DNA of 64,000 nucleotides, taken from NCBI GenBank assembly GCA_965204745.1, contig OZ242010.1, positions 1,888,001 through 1,952,000 on the forward strand, in the 5' to 3' direction. Below the pieces are notes generated by a model. The model saw nothing but the letters and a program-made list of their open reading frames with translations. It was not told the origin of the DNA and made no database searches. Origin of the DNA: Candidatus Latescibacterota bacterium. GTDB taxonomy: Bacteria > Latescibacterota > UBA2968. Below are positions 48,408-58,830 of the stretch, piece after piece; within the stretch, counting starts at the first letter, position 1, and each line of letters starts with the position of its first letter. The translations under genes and the position numbers were made by a program.

Positions 48408-50693
48408 ATGGCGACAAGAACAGAAGATTATCTCGGCATTACGGATTACAAAGTCGTCGGCACGCGCCCAATCCGGCACGATGGGGTCGACAAAGTCATC
48501 GGCCGGGCCAAATACGGCGCGGACATCGACATGGCCGGCATGTTGCACGGCGCGGTGGCGCGCAGTCCGCATGCCCATGCGCGGATCGAGTCTTTGGACA
48601 CGCGCAAAGCCGAGGCCCTGCCCGGGGTCAAAGCCGTGATCACGGTTGCGGATTTGCCCTTGCAAGAAGACAAGATCGAAGAACTCGGCGAAGGCGCGGC
48701 GAATTTGCAACACCTGCGCGCCAACCTGCTCGCCGATAGCAAGGTCTTGTACCACGGGCACGCCATCGCAGCAGTCGCGGCAACCGATGTTCACACCGCG
48801 CAAGAAGCCATCGACTTGATCGACATCGAATACGAGGTATTGCAACCGGTGTTGACGGTCCACGAAGCCATGAAACCGGACGCGCCCTTGCTCTTGGAAA
48901 GCCAGACCACGCAATCCTTGGGCGAAGACACGGGCGCGGCGAGCAATGTGTGTACGCATTTTCGCCATGAACTCGGGGATGTGGAAAGGGGATTTGCCGA
49001 AGCCGACCTGATCATCGAGCGCGAATTTGACACGGCGACCGTGCATCAGGGCTACATCGAGCCGCAAAATGCCACGGCCCTGTGGAGCGCGGACGGTCAG
49101 ATCACCGTTTGGTGCAGCACGCAGGGCGCGTTTGACGTGCGTGCCCAAACCGCGCAAATCCTCGACGTGCCGGTTTCGCAGGTGAAGGTCGTGCCCATGG
49201 AAATCGGCGGCGGGTTTGGGGGCAAAATTCGCATTTACCTCGAACCCCTGGCCGCGGTTTTGTCCAAAAAGACCGGGCGGCCGGTCAAGATGATCATGAG
49301 CCGCACCGAGGTTTTGCAGGCGACCGGGCCCACTGCGGGGTCGTTTATCTCCTGCAAAATGGGTGTTGACAAAGCCGGCAAACTCGTCGCGGCTCAAGCC
49401 GATATGCGCTACGAATCCGGCAGTTTTCCCGGCAGTTGGGCCGCGCCCGGTGCCATGTGCATTTTCGCGCCTTACGACATCCCCCATGTGCTGATCGACG
49501 GGTACGAGGTCTTGGTCAACAAGCCGTGGACCATGGCCTATCGCGCGCCGGGGGCGACGAATGCGGCCTTTGCCTCGGAGACCGTCATCGACGAACTCTG
49601 CGAACAACTCGGCGTCGACCCCTTGGACTTTCGCCTCAAAAATTCCGCGAAAGAGGGCACGCGCCGCGCAGATGGCCCGGTATATCCGCGCATCGGGCAC
49701 GAGCAATGCGTGGAAACCGCGCGGTCTTGCGATCACTACGCCACCCGATTCAATGGCAAACACCGCGGGCGCGGCGTGGCTTCCGGGTTCTGGTTCAACG
49801 TGGGCCTCAAGTCGAGTGCGGCGGCGAGCGTCAATCCCGATGGCACGGTCAGTCTGGTCGAAGGCTCGACGGATATCGGCGGAACGCGCACCTCTATCGC
49901 CATGCAGTTGGCCGAAGTGCTCGGCATTGCCGCAGAAGACGTCAAGCCCCAAGTGGTCGATACGGACTCGGTCGGCGAAACAGACGTGACCGGGGGAAGC
50001 CGCACGACCTTTGCGACCGGATGGGCCGCGTATCAATGCGCGTTGGACATCAAAGCGCAACTGATCGAGCGCGCGGCCACGTTGTGGGAAATCTCGCCCG
50101 ACGATGTGGTCTTTGAAGATGGCGCGTTTTCCTCGTCGGATGCGTCTAAAACCATCTCGTTTGGGGAATTGGCAGGCAAACTCGGCGAAACCGGTGGCCC
50201 CCTCATGGGGCGGGCAACCGTGAATCCCCCCGGCGTTGGCGGGGCTTTTGCGGTGATGATCGTGGATGTCGAAGTCGATACCGGCACAGGCAAAGTGGAA
50301 ATTTTGCGCGCGTCCATGATTCAAGACGCGGGCAAAGCGATTCACCCCAGCTATGTCGAAGGGCAAATGCAGGGCGGCACCGCGCAGGGCATTGGGTGGG
50401 CACTCAACGAGGAATACGCGTACAATGCGGACGGGTTGCTGACCAACGCGAGCCTGCTCGATTACCGCATGCCCACCTGCCTCGATCTGCCCATGATCGA
50501 GACCCACATCGTGGAAGTGCCAAACCCGGGCCATCCCTACGGCGTGCGCGGCGTGGGCGAAGTGCCGATAGTGCCCCCGGCTGCGGCAGTTGCAAATGCC
50601 ATTTACGACGCCATCGGCGTCAGACTGACGACCCTGCCCATGTCGCCCGGCGAGGTCTTGAAGGCATTGTGGGCAAAAAACAACGGGCGATGA
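48408..50693 (+). CDS. Xanthine dehydrogenase-family molybdopterin-binding large subunit
   Basis: RSPHAHA, GGGFGGK, AYRAPG, VEGQMQGG and GVRGVGE motifs. Start MATRTE at 48408. Confidence 0.93.
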   Translation: MATRTEDYLGITDYKVVGTRPIRHDGVDKVIGRAKYGADIDMAGMLHGAVARSPHAHARIESLDTRKAEALPGVKAVITVADLPLQEDKIEELGEGAANLQHLRANLLADSKVLYHGHAIAAVAATDVHTAQEAIDLIDIEYEVLQPVLTVHEAMKPDAPLLLESQTTQSLGEDTGAASNVCTHFRHELGDVERGFAEADLIIEREFDTATVHQGYIEPQNATALWSADGQITVWCSTQGAFDVRAQTAQILDVPVSQVKVVPMEIGGGFGGKIRIYLEPLAAVLSKKTGRPVKMIMSRTEVLQATGPTAGSFISCKMGVDKAGKLVAAQADMRYESGSFPGSWAAPGAMCIFAPYDIPHVLIDGYEVLVNKPWTMAYRAPGATNAAFASETVIDELCEQLGVDPLDFRLKNSAKEGTRRADGPVYPRIGHEQCVETARSCDHYATRFNGKHRGRGVASGFWFNVGLKSSAAASVNPDGTVSLVEGSTDIGGTRTSIAMQLAEVLGIAAEDVKPQVVDTDSVGETDVTGGSRTTFATGWAAYQCALDIKAQLIERAATLWEISPDDVVFEDGAFSSSDASKTISFGELAGKLGETGGPLMGRATVNPPGVGGAFAVMIVDVEVDTGTGKVEILRASMIQDAGKAIHPSYVEGQMQGGTAQGIGWALNEEYAYNADGLLTNASLLDYRMPTCLDLPMIETHIVEVPNPGHPYGVRGVGEVPIVPPAAAVANAIYDAIGVRLTTLPMSPGEVLKALWAKNNGR

Positions 50694-50865
50694 GCAAAGC
50701 GTCTTTGACCCGAATCAACCCAATGGAAAGATGGGATTTTAGCCACGAGCGGGGTACAACTGGCGGTAGCCAGTTCAAAGCCACAAAAGGCACAAAAGCC
50801 ACAAAAGGTGAGCGATATGTGTAGGGGCGATGCCCCGTGCTCGCCCAATGGAAAGGGGACATCGC

Positions 50866-51423
50866 ATGAACCGATTCACTTCGACAATCGCTGTTTGGGC
50901 ACTGGCGGCTTTGATGGTGCTGTGTGTGCCCCGAGCCTCTGACGCGCTGGGCGTGCGGGTCAAAGCCGGGGTGAACCTGACGCGCCAACAGCAGTTCGAC
51001 ACCTTGTACGGCGTCGGTGGGCAATTCGACTCGCACCGCTGGATGTTCGGCGCCAATCTCGACTTGGGGGCATTTATCTTGCCGAAGCTGCATCTGGTGC
51101 CTGGCGTAGATATGGCCGTACAGGAAAATTTGCGCGTGTATGCCGTCAATCTCGATGCCAACTACTTTTTCCACCAAAGTTCGCGTGGTAGGGGCTATGC
51201 CGGGCTCGGCTTTGGCACGCATTTCTTTCGCCCAGAGTCCGCGTCCGAGGCAGAGACAGCGGTTGCCAACGACACCAAAATCAGCCTGAATTTGCCCTTG
51301 GGCTATCAGCGCAAATTGGGCGGTGGTTTGGCGTGGTGGTTTGGCGAGATCAGGTTGGTCATTGCAGACGACGAAAAAGACAGCGCGTTGCAATTCACGG
51401 TTGGTTTTAATTTTGGTTATTAA
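50866..51423 (+). CDS. Putative outer-membrane beta-barrel protein
   Basis: Signal peptide, alternating amphipathic strands and a C-terminal FTVGFNFGY. Confidence 0.7.
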   Translation: MNRFTSTIAVWALAALMVLCVPRASDALGVRVKAGVNLTRQQQFDTLYGVGGQFDSHRWMFGANLDLGAFILPKLHLVPGVDMAVQENLRVYAVNLDANYFFHQSSRGRGYAGLGFGTHFFRPESASEAETAVANDTKISLNLPLGYQRKLGGGLAWWFGEIRLVIADDEKDSALQFTVGFNFGY

Positions 51424-51432
51424 GGAGGGGGT

Positions 51433-51531
51433 ATGCCGAGCAGTCAACGCCGAAAAGAACTGCGCCGACGGCGGCAACGGCGCAAAAAACGCCTGAAAGC
51501 CCGGCGCCGAGAAGAGCGCGCCGGGCGATAG
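51433..51531 (+). CDS. Small Arg-rich protein (32 aa, DUF6800-like)
   Basis: AGGAGG RBS, then MPSSQRRKELRRRRQRRKKRLKARRREERAGR and a stop codon. Confidence 0.65.
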   Translation: MPSSQRRKELRRRRQRRKKRLKARRREERAGR

Positions 51532-51580
51532 TAGCGAGATGCAACCGTCTCGGTCACACCGATAAAGGGAGGGAATTGAA

Positions 51581-52963
51581 ATGCGTTTTTTGAAATTTTC
51601 TGCGGTTCTGATTTTGGTTTGTTCGTTTTTGAATCCAGCGAGTGGGATGGATATCAAGCGTTGGCTTGAAGAAATAGGGCTTGAAGAATATTATCCAAAT
51701 TTTGTGGATAATGCCATTACTGACGAAGAAACCCTTAAAAGTGTCACAGAAGATGACCTGAAATCCATGGGCATTGCTTCACTGGGGCATCGCAAAAGGT
51801 TGTTGTCAGCTATTTCCGAAGTCAAAACCCAAGGCTGGCAACCCAGATGGGACTTAAAATATTGGCTCCAGTCAATTTACATGGATGAATACTATCCGAA
51901 TTTTGTGGAAAATTCCATAACCGATAGGGAAACCATAGCGACCCTAAGTGAAGATGACTTGAAATCCATTGGCATTGCTTCGCTGGGGCATCGACGAAAA
52001 TTGATGTCCGCTATCGCATCTCTGAGTAAAACCGGTGAAATCGCAAGTGGCGTATTGCCTAGGGCGAATAATAATATCGTCGTCGAAGTGCATCAATCCC
52101 ACGTGGGAAGCGATCTGTGGTACCGCGTTGGCGTTGTCGATCCCACAGCAAAAACGATTGACTGGGGAGAGAGTCACAAATACGACATAGGTCGCTTGCC
52201 CATGTGCGATTTTGACGGCAATACGATTGTGGAAGTTCACGAGGGGCACGACGATTTGAGCTTGTGGTATCGCGTGGGCACGGTGGAAGAACAGACGAGA
52301 ACCATCAATTGGAAAAGAAGTGTCAATTACGACGATAGGGGGAGAAGCCCGGTGATTGCCATACGAGGCAATATTGCGGTTGAGATGCACCAGTCTCACG
52401 ATGGCACGGATTTGTGGTATCACGTTGGGATTTTGGATCGCGCAACGGGGTTTATCAACTGGAGTGAAAGCAAAAAATTTGATCGCGGCAAAATTCCGAG
52501 CATTGGATTTCCCGAACTGGAATTGAACACCATTGTCGAAGTTCACCAATCCCATACGGGCACGAATTTGTGGTACCACGTTGGCGTTGTCGATCCTGCC
52601 TCGAGAACGATCCATTGGGGCGAAAGCCACCAATACGACGTCGGTCGCTTGCCCATGTGCGATTTCGATGGCAACACCATAGTGGAAGTCCACCAAGGGC
52701 ATGACGACTTGCAACTGTGGTATCGCGTGGGCACGGTGGAAGAAAGAACGCGGACCATTGCGTGGGGCAGGAGCGTGAATTACGACAGGGGCAAAATCCC
52801 CACGGTCGCGATCAACGACAATATCGTGGTGGAGATGCACCAGTCTCATGCAGGCACGGAGTTGTGGTATACTGTCGGGATCTTAGACAAGACAACTCGG
52901 ACGATTGAATGGGGACAGGGCCATAGATTTGATATGGGCAGGATTCCGAGTGTTGGATTTTAA
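51581..52963 (+). CDS. Secreted protein with two SAM (sterile alpha motif) domains and six ~50-aa repeats
   Basis: Signal peptide, then WL..IGLEEY..NF.DNAI...L...EDDLKS.GI.SLGHRKRLL twice, then VEVHQSH...LWY.VG......I.W repeats six times. Confidence 0.85.
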   Translation: MRFLKFSAVLILVCSFLNPASGMDIKRWLEEIGLEEYYPNFVDNAITDEETLKSVTEDDLKSMGIASLGHRKRLLSAISEVKTQGWQPRWDLKYWLQSIYMDEYYPNFVENSITDRETIATLSEDDLKSIGIASLGHRRKLMSAIASLSKTGEIASGVLPRANNNIVVEVHQSHVGSDLWYRVGVVDPTAKTIDWGESHKYDIGRLPMCDFDGNTIVEVHEGHDDLSLWYRVGTVEEQTRTINWKRSVNYDDRGRSPVIAIRGNIAVEMHQSHDGTDLWYHVGILDRATGFINWSESKKFDRGKIPSIGFPELELNTIVEVHQSHTGTNLWYHVGVVDPASRTIHWGESHQYDVGRLPMCDFDGNTIVEVHQGHDDLQLWYRVGTVEERTRTIAWGRSVNYDRGKIPTVAINDNIVVEMHQSHAGTELWYTVGILDKTTRTIEWGQGHRFDMGRIPSVGF

Positions 52964-53070
52964 TTGCGGTGCCCTGTCGCCAAAAGCCAAGAGAATCCTT
53001 GCCTAATGTGCGATTTTTCGTAAATTGAGGAAGTAGGCAGACGCCAACATTCACTTTTCAGGAGGTTTTG

Positions 53071-53439
53071 ATGGACAATCCCAAAGTTATCGCCTATTTG
53101 AAGCCCGTGTGCGGCTGGAGCGGGGGCGTGCGGGCCGTGCTGGCAAAATACGGCCTTGACTACGAAGACCGCGACATCATCAACAATCCCGACAACTACC
53201 GGGAAATGGTGATGAAGAGCGGGCAACCTTTACAGCCCTGCGTTCAAATCGGGGACGCGATGCTGGCCGACATCAGCGGCGACGAGTTGGAAAGGTGGTT
53301 GATCGAAAACGGGTACCGGCCCGGCGGCCCGGATCCCGCTGTTCCGACAGATAGTTCCTGCACGGACGAACAGCACGAAGCGATGGCACGCGCAGCAGCC
53401 GCACAGCCGACCATTGCCAACCCGTTTTTTGGTCAATAA
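53071..53439 (+). CDS. Glutaredoxin-like protein (monothiol, CGWS)
   Basis: YLKPVCGWS.GVR and KSGQPLQPCV motifs. AGGAGG RBS. Confidence 0.8.
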   Translation: MDNPKVIAYLKPVCGWSGGVRAVLAKYGLDYEDRDIINNPDNYREMVMKSGQPLQPCVQIGDAMLADISGDELERWLIENGYRPGGPDPAVPTDSSCTDEQHEAMARAAAAQPTIANPFFGQ

Positions 53440-54023
53440 CAAAAGCGGCGGGGTTTTGAAAGAGAACGAGGCGATCCCTTTGGGGGTCGCCTTTTTTGTG
53501 GGTGCAAGACCGCAATGTGGGGAAGGTTGCGATAGGCTTGGTCGTAGTCGAGGCCATAGCCCACCACGAATTGGTCCGCGATAGTGAACGCGGAGTACTG
53601 CACTGGAACTCGAACGATGCGGCGGCTCGGTTTGTCGATGAGGGCGCAGATGCCGAGGCTGCGCGGGTTTCGGTCTTTTAAGAACGCGAGCAGGGCCGAG
53701 AGCGTGCGCCCGGTATCCACGATGTCTTCGATGATGAGCACATCCCGCCCGGCGATTTCACCATCGAGGTCTTTTGAGAGCGTCACCTTGCCGGAACTCT
53801 CCGTGCCGACGTAACTCGACACCGCCATGAAATCGATCTCCACCGGGCTCGTGATCGCACGCGACAGGTCCGCCAAAAAATAAAACGCGCCCCTGAGAAT
53901 GCCCACGAGCACCACGCCCTCCGGATACTGCGCGGAAATCTCAACCCCGAGTTCCCGCACCCGATCCCGAATCGCGCTTTCATCGATTAAAATACGCGTA
54001 CTGTGATGAGACATATCTCGCAT
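53433..54023 (-). CDS. hpt: Hypoxanthine phosphoribosyltransferase
   Basis: GILRGA..F.ADL, VSSY, VLIIEDIVDTGRTL and FVVGYGLDY...YRNLP motifs. Confidence 0.95.
   Translation of the reverse strand: MRDMSHHSTRILIDESAIRDRVRELGVEISAQYPEGVVLVGILRGAFYFLADLSRAITSPVEIDFMAVSSYVGTESSGKVTLSKDLDGEIAGRDVLIIEDIVDTGRTLSALLAFLKDRNPRSLGICALIDKPSRRIVRVPVQYSAFTIADQFVVGYGLDYDQAYRNLPHIAVLHPQKRRPPKGSPRSLSKPRRFCY
53469..53497 (+). terminator. Intrinsic terminator after the glutaredoxin, overlapping the hpt 3' end
   Basis: AGGCGATCCC-TTTG-GGGGTCGCCT followed by a T run. Confidence 0.65.
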
Positions 54024-54196
54024 ACAAATCTCCTAATTGAGTTCAACACATGAAGTCCATCAAGTCTCGGTTTGGCTTATGGGTTTGCCATCGCGGGCCA
54101 TAACACTAGAAAATGGATCGCCGCTTTCCCTCTACCAAACTGGATTGCTTGCGTTGTGCTTGCGCGTGCCGGCGTTCGCCGGAATGTTCGCCTTCA

Positions 54197-54391
54197 TCAC
54201 TTCACAATTTCGCGCAAAAAATCTTCCGCTGAATATTCGTTGCAACCCACCGCTGCCATTACCAAATCCAATATTTCGCGCCGCGTTCTGCGCACATAGA
54301 GCAGATCTTCTTGCACCTCTTTGGATTTTCGCTCGCCCAGCCGTTCCCCGATCTCCTTGGGCGTCAACCACGCATTTCCCGCCTCTGCCAT
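54197..54391 (-). CDS. Small hypothetical protein (64 aa)
   Basis: GAGG RBS and protein-like composition. Co-oriented with hpt. Confidence 0.6.
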   Translation of the reverse strand: MAEAGNAWLTPKEIGERLGERKSKEVQEDLLYVRRTRREILDLVMAAVGCNEYSAEDFLREIVK

Positions 54392-54514
54392 TGTCGTTCC
54401 CTCGCGTTGAATGGGTCTGGGTTTGAGTAATGGGTGCGAAAATAAATCATGAGAAGGATAATGTCAATAGGGGCAAGAGGGGAGAGGCAAGAGGCAAGAT
54501 ACTCTCTTAAAAGG

Positions 54515-55522
54515 TCAAGGGGTTTTCGGGGTGATTCGATAGAATTTTTCGCCCTCAAAATCTTGGTCATGGCGCAACATGCCCCAGATCGAATGGAGCA
54601 ACTTTCGCATCACCGCAACGATAGCCTGCAAAGGTTTCTTGCCGCGGGCGATGAGTTGGTCATAGAAGGCTTTGACATGGCCTTCGTGTCTGATGGCCAC
54701 CCAGGCAGGCATATAGAGGGCATGGCGGAGGTACTTATTCCCGGTTTTCGAGATGCGTCTTTGTGGATTGGCGGTTCCGGATTGTTTGGGTTTGGGATCC
54801 AGGCCTGCATGTGCGACCCACTGGGGCGGTTGCATCTCCTCTGGCAAAAGGGTCAACTCGGCCAAGAGCCGCAAGGCACTCGTTTGCGCGATGCCAGGCG
54901 TCGAGCAGAGGCGTTGGTAGGCACGCTTGAGGGGCTCATCGTGCAAAACGAGATCGAGGGCTTGGCTTTCCAAGTATGCAATCCGGCGTTTGAAGTGTCG
55001 AATATTCACCTGAATATCGCGTGCGATGAGACGTGTGCTGCGGATGTGGTAGCTCTGCGCGTGGTTGCGGCTCTGTTCGCGGATGATCTCCTGCTTGAGT
55101 TGGTCAATGCGTCTGGTGAGGGCTTGCAGTTGAAGCCGTTGCTCGCTCGGCGCTTGCCAAGGCACAAAAGGCATGCGCTCGGCATAGTCGAGGATCAACA
55201 ACGCATCCTTCGCATCCGTCTTCGCCCGTTGCATGCAGGCTTGGGCGTACTTGCTCATCGCTTTGGGATTGACGACCATGACCTTTGTGTGGCGATGCCG
55301 ATGCAAGGCCAAGGCCACCCCCAAACTGTAAAGCCCGGTCGCTTCGAGGCACACAGAGACCATGTGCCCGCCCTTCGTGAGCCACTTCAGCAACCGCTTA
55401 TGCGCTTGGGGATCATTGGCAAAGGTCGCTTGCATGACAGCTTGTCCGGGTCTGGACAGGGCAACGGACAACGTGCGGGCACTGACATCAATGCCGGCAA
55501 AAGCGGGGTGAGATTTCGACAT
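54515..55522 (-). CDS. IS110 DEDD recombinase/transposase (copy 2)
   Basis: Protein identical to copy 1. Confidence 0.95.
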   Translation of the reverse strand: MSKSHPAFAGIDVSARTLSVALSRPGQAVMQATFANDPQAHKRLLKWLTKGGHMVSVCLEATGLYSLGVALALHRHRHTKVMVVNPKAMSKYAQACMQRAKTDAKDALLILDYAERMPFVPWQAPSEQRLQLQALTRRIDQLKQEIIREQSRNHAQSYHIRSTRLIARDIQVNIRHFKRRIAYLESQALDLVLHDEPLKRAYQRLCSTPGIAQTSALRLLAELTLLPEEMQPPQWVAHAGLDPKPKQSGTANPQRRISKTGNKYLRHALYMPAWVAIRHEGHVKAFYDQLIARGKKPLQAIVAVMRKLLHSIWGMLRHDQDFEGEKFYRITPKTP

Positions 55523-55533
55523 GGGGGCCTCCT

Positions 55534-55784
55534 GTGATGAGGGGGTTGTAAGGGATCTGGTGCGCGCTCGGGGTCGCGTCCCGACCATTGACGCCAAGTC
55601 TACCGGTCTTGTATATGCAGCCTCAAGGGGCTTAGATACTCTTCGGCATAGACCCGGCGGTCGGGGGGCCTATCTTACCTACAAGGTCATCGCCTTCAAG
55701 AGGGGCCGGCCTTCCCCGAGCCGGGCATCAAGATGGCTTATCTCGATACGAGGGCGCAACTCCTAATTAACCCTTACTTCCAAG
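55534..55784 (-). ncRNA. Predicted IS110 bridge RNA (copy 2)
   Basis: Same sequence as 40405-40655. Confidence 0.75.
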
Positions 55785-56148
55785 ATACAAGAGGGGAGAA
55801 GGCTACCGGGCTGTTCCTCAAGTTGTCAGTTGTCAGTTGACTAATTCTAACGAACATAGCGGTGGGGAGCGGGCGGGCACGCACGGGTGGCGGGGTGGAG
55901 CAGATGGGGACGCACGGGCGGTTGGGTAGGGCGGTGGGCAGATCTCACCTCTTACTTCTTGCCTCTTACTTGGGGGCAGGGCTTGCGGTGGGGCGGAGGG
56001 GGTAGGGTAATCCGCGCAATCCCCTAATCCGCGAAAATCCGCGATCCGCTTTTACTCTTGAACTATTTTTATATCTGTATTATAGTTGGCCTTACCACGT
56101 AACGACATATCGCCTCTCTGCTCCCCATTCCATTGGAGGCGTTTTTTT

Positions 56149-57441
56149 ATGGAACAATTTGTCATTGAAGGTGGGCATCCGCTGGCGGGCACAGTGGTTC
56201 CGGCGGGCAACAAAAATGCGGCGCAACCGCTGTTGGCCGCGACCTTGTTGACCGAAGAACCCGTGGTGCTCAAGAATGTGCCACAAATCGGCGACATCGG
56301 CGTTATTGTCGAGATTTTGCGCGACCTCGGCGCAGAAGTCCGCGAGTCGGGCGATCACGAACTCGCGGTTTGTACCAAAGGCGTCGACAAATCCGCGTTG
56401 CGCGCAGACCTGTGCCGAAAAGTGCGCGGCAGTTTTATGTTTGCCGGGCCCCTGTTGGGCCGCTTTGGGCAAGCGACCATTCCGCGCCCTGGGGGCGACC
56501 GCATTGGCCGGCGGCGCGTGGATACCCACTTGATCGCGCTCGAAGAACTCGGCGTGCGGTTCCACACCAACCACATCTACGATTTTCAGGCACCCAGGGG
56601 GCTCGTCGGCGCGGACATTTTTTTGGACGAGCGCAGCGTCACCGGCACGGAAAACGCGGTCATGGCCGCGGTGCTCGCCCGCGGCACCACCATCTTGTCC
56701 AACGTGGCATCCGAGCCGCATGTGCAAGAACTGTGTTTCATGCTCAACGACATGGGCGCGCAAATTTCGGGCATCGGCACAAATGAAATGGTGATCGAAG
56801 GCGTGTCCAAACTCGGCGGCACAACGCACACCATCGGGCCGGATTACATGGAAGTCGGCAGCTTTATCGGCCTGGCCGGAGCCACCAACAGCGAGATTCG
56901 CATCGTCGATGCCGCGCCCAAAAACATGCGAAAGACCTTGATGGTATTTCGGCGGTTGGGCCTCGAAGTCGAAGTCGATAGACGAGACATCGTCGTGCCG
57001 CCCTTTCAAAAGCTGGAAATCATGCCCGACGTGGGCGATGCGATCCCGCGCATCGACAATGACCCATGGCCGGGGTTTCCGCCCGATTTGATGAGCATTG
57101 CCATCGTCCTTGCCACGCAGGCGCGGGGCACCGTGTTGTTTTTTGAAAAAATGTTTGAACAGCGCATGTACTGGCTCGACCGCCTCATCGACATGGGCGC
57201 GAAAATCGTCATTTGCGACCCGCACCGCGCCGTCGTGGTGGGGCCGTCCAAACTCTACGGCGAGCATCTGACGAGTCCGGATATTCGGGCGGGCATGGCA
57301 TTGATCATCGCGGCATTGTGCGCCGAAGGGCAAAGCGTGATCCGCAACATCGAACAGATCGACCGCGGATACGAACAAATCGACACGCGCTTGCGGGCCT
57401 TGGGCGCGCACATTCAGCGGGTGACAGTGGAAGATGGATAA
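56149..57441 (+). CDS. murA: UDP-N-acetylglucosamine 1-carboxyvinyltransferase
   Basis: [42 protein letters not shown] and IDRGYE motifs. Confidence 0.95.
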   Translation: MEQFVIEGGHPLAGTVVPAGNKNAAQPLLAATLLTEEPVVLKNVPQIGDIGVIVEILRDLGAEVRESGDHELAVCTKGVDKSALRADLCRKVRGSFMFAGPLLGRFGQATIPRPGGDRIGRRRVDTHLIALEELGVRFHTNHIYDFQAPRGLVGADIFLDERSVTGTENAVMAAVLARGTTILSNVASEPHVQELCFMLNDMGAQISGIGTNEMVIEGVSKLGGTTHTIGPDYMEVGSFIGLAGATNSEIRIVDAAPKNMRKTLMVFRRLGLEVEVDRRDIVVPPFQKLEIMPDVGDAIPRIDNDPWPGFPPDLMSIAIVLATQARGTVLFFEKMFEQRMYWLDRLIDMGAKIVICDPHRAVVVGPSKLYGEHLTSPDIRAGMALIIAALCAEGQSVIRNIEQIDRGYEQIDTRLRALGAHIQRVTVEDG

Positions 57442-58774
57442 CGCAGATGCACGCGCGGGCGCGCTACAAATCGTGCGCCGGTTGCAGGCGCGGGGGTTTC
57501 GCGCCCTGTGGGCCGGCGGATGCGTGCGCGACATGGCGATGGGGCACGCGCCCCGGGATTACGATATTGCCACAAATGCCGATCTCCAAGAGGTGATCGG
57601 CATTTTTCCACATGCCCAAGCGGTCGGCGCGCACTTCGGGGTAGCACTCGTGCGGTTGGGCAATCACCTGTATGAAGTGGCGCGCTTTCGCCGGGACTTG
57701 GCATATTCAGATGGGCGGCATCCCGACGGCGTGGTATTCGCAGATGAACGAGAAGACGCCGAGCGGCGCGATTTCACCATCAACGGCATGTTCTACGATC
57801 CCATAGCCGACGAAGTGCTCGACTATGTCGGCGGACGGGCGGACCTAGCGAAAAAAGTGATCCGCACTATCGGCGATCCCCAGGCCCGATTCCGCGAAGA
57901 TCGCTTGCGGATGTTGCGCGCCGTGCGCTTTGCGTGCCGGTACCACTGGCCCATCGAGGACCAAACGCGACTCGCTATCGCGGAATTGAGCCACAGTGTT
58001 GACGCCATCAGTTCCGAGCGCGTCCGCGACGAGGTCGTCAAAATCCTGACCGAAGGGGGCGCGCCTTGGGGCGTGCGTTGCCTGATCGACCTGGGCTTGA
58101 TGGCCGTCTTCATGCCCGAAGTGGTCGCTATGGATGGCGTGCCGCAACCGCCGCAATTTCATCCCGAAGGCGATGTGCTGACCCACACCCTGATCATGTT
58201 GGGCCTGTTGCGCGATCCCTCTCCCGAATTGGCAATGGGTGTTTTGTTACACGATGTGGGCAAACCCCCGACTTTTCAGGTGCGCGACCGCATTCGGTTC
58301 GATAACCACACAAAAGTCGGGCGCGCAATGGCCGAGGAAATTTGCAAGCGGCTGCGCTTCTCCCATGACCAGACAAAGCACATCGCGGCATTGGTGGTCG
58401 ATCACCACAAATTCATGCATGCGCGGGACATGCGCCCGAGCAAGTTGAAGCGGTTTCTCCGCGCGGATCGGTTTGAAGATCATCTGGAATTGCATCGCAT
58501 AGATTGCCTGTCCTGCCATGGCGACTTGGCAAATTACAAATTTTGCAAGAACGCACTCGAAACCCTGCCACCAGAACAAATCCGTCCCGATCCCCTGATC
58601 AACGGTTACGACCTCATCGCAATGGGCCACACACCCGGCCCTGCGTTCAAGCGCGTATTGCAAGCGGTGGAAGATGCACAACTAGAAGAACGGGTAACGA
58701 CTCGCGCCGCCGCATTGGCATTGGCAACACAACTCATTGAATCGCCCCCACACCCGGAACCCTTTGCCCGTTGA
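57434..58774 (+). CDS. CCA tRNA nucleotidyltransferase / poly(A) polymerase family protein with HD domain
   Basis: [39 protein letters not shown] and LLHDVGK motifs. Confidence 0.92.
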   Translation: MDNADARAGALQIVRRLQARGFRALWAGGCVRDMAMGHAPRDYDIATNADLQEVIGIFPHAQAVGAHFGVALVRLGNHLYEVARFRRDLAYSDGRHPDGVVFADEREDAERRDFTINGMFYDPIADEVLDYVGGRADLAKKVIRTIGDPQARFREDRLRMLRAVRFACRYHWPIEDQTRLAIAELSHSVDAISSERVRDEVVKILTEGGAPWGVRCLIDLGLMAVFMPEVVAMDGVPQPPQFHPEGDVLTHTLIMLGLLRDPSPELAMGVLLHDVGKPPTFQVRDRIRFDNHTKVGRAMAEEICKRLRFSHDQTKHIAALVVDHHKFMHARDMRPSKLKRFLRADRFEDHLELHRIDCLSCHGDLANYKFCKNALETLPPEQIRPDPLINGYDLIAMGHTPGPAFKRVLQAVEDAQLEERVTTRAAALALATQLIESPPHPEPFAR

Positions 58775-58830
58775 GAGGTCAAAAAAATGACCGCTATTCG
58801 GCACATCCAACATTCTCGAGGAGACGCCCC

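Larger units (their letters stand above)
54499..55791 (-). mobile_element. IS110 family (IS621-type) element, copy 2, 1293 bp
   Basis: Same as copy 1 apart from one synonymous SNP that I could see (40274 G vs 55403 C). Confidence 0.93.

Noticed and set aside
48246-50534. Long antisense ORFs (also 32049-33398, 34384-35601, 56092-57534, 60340-61605)
   Set aside because: GC-rich shadows of well-supported genes on the opposite strand.
47038-50693. Aerobic CO dehydrogenase (coxMSL)
   Set aside because: Lacks the AYXCSFR motif and cox accessory genes.
54030-54196. Purine or c-di-GMP riboswitch upstream of hpt
   Set aside because: No convincing consensus motif by eye. An Rfam/Infernal scan would be needed.
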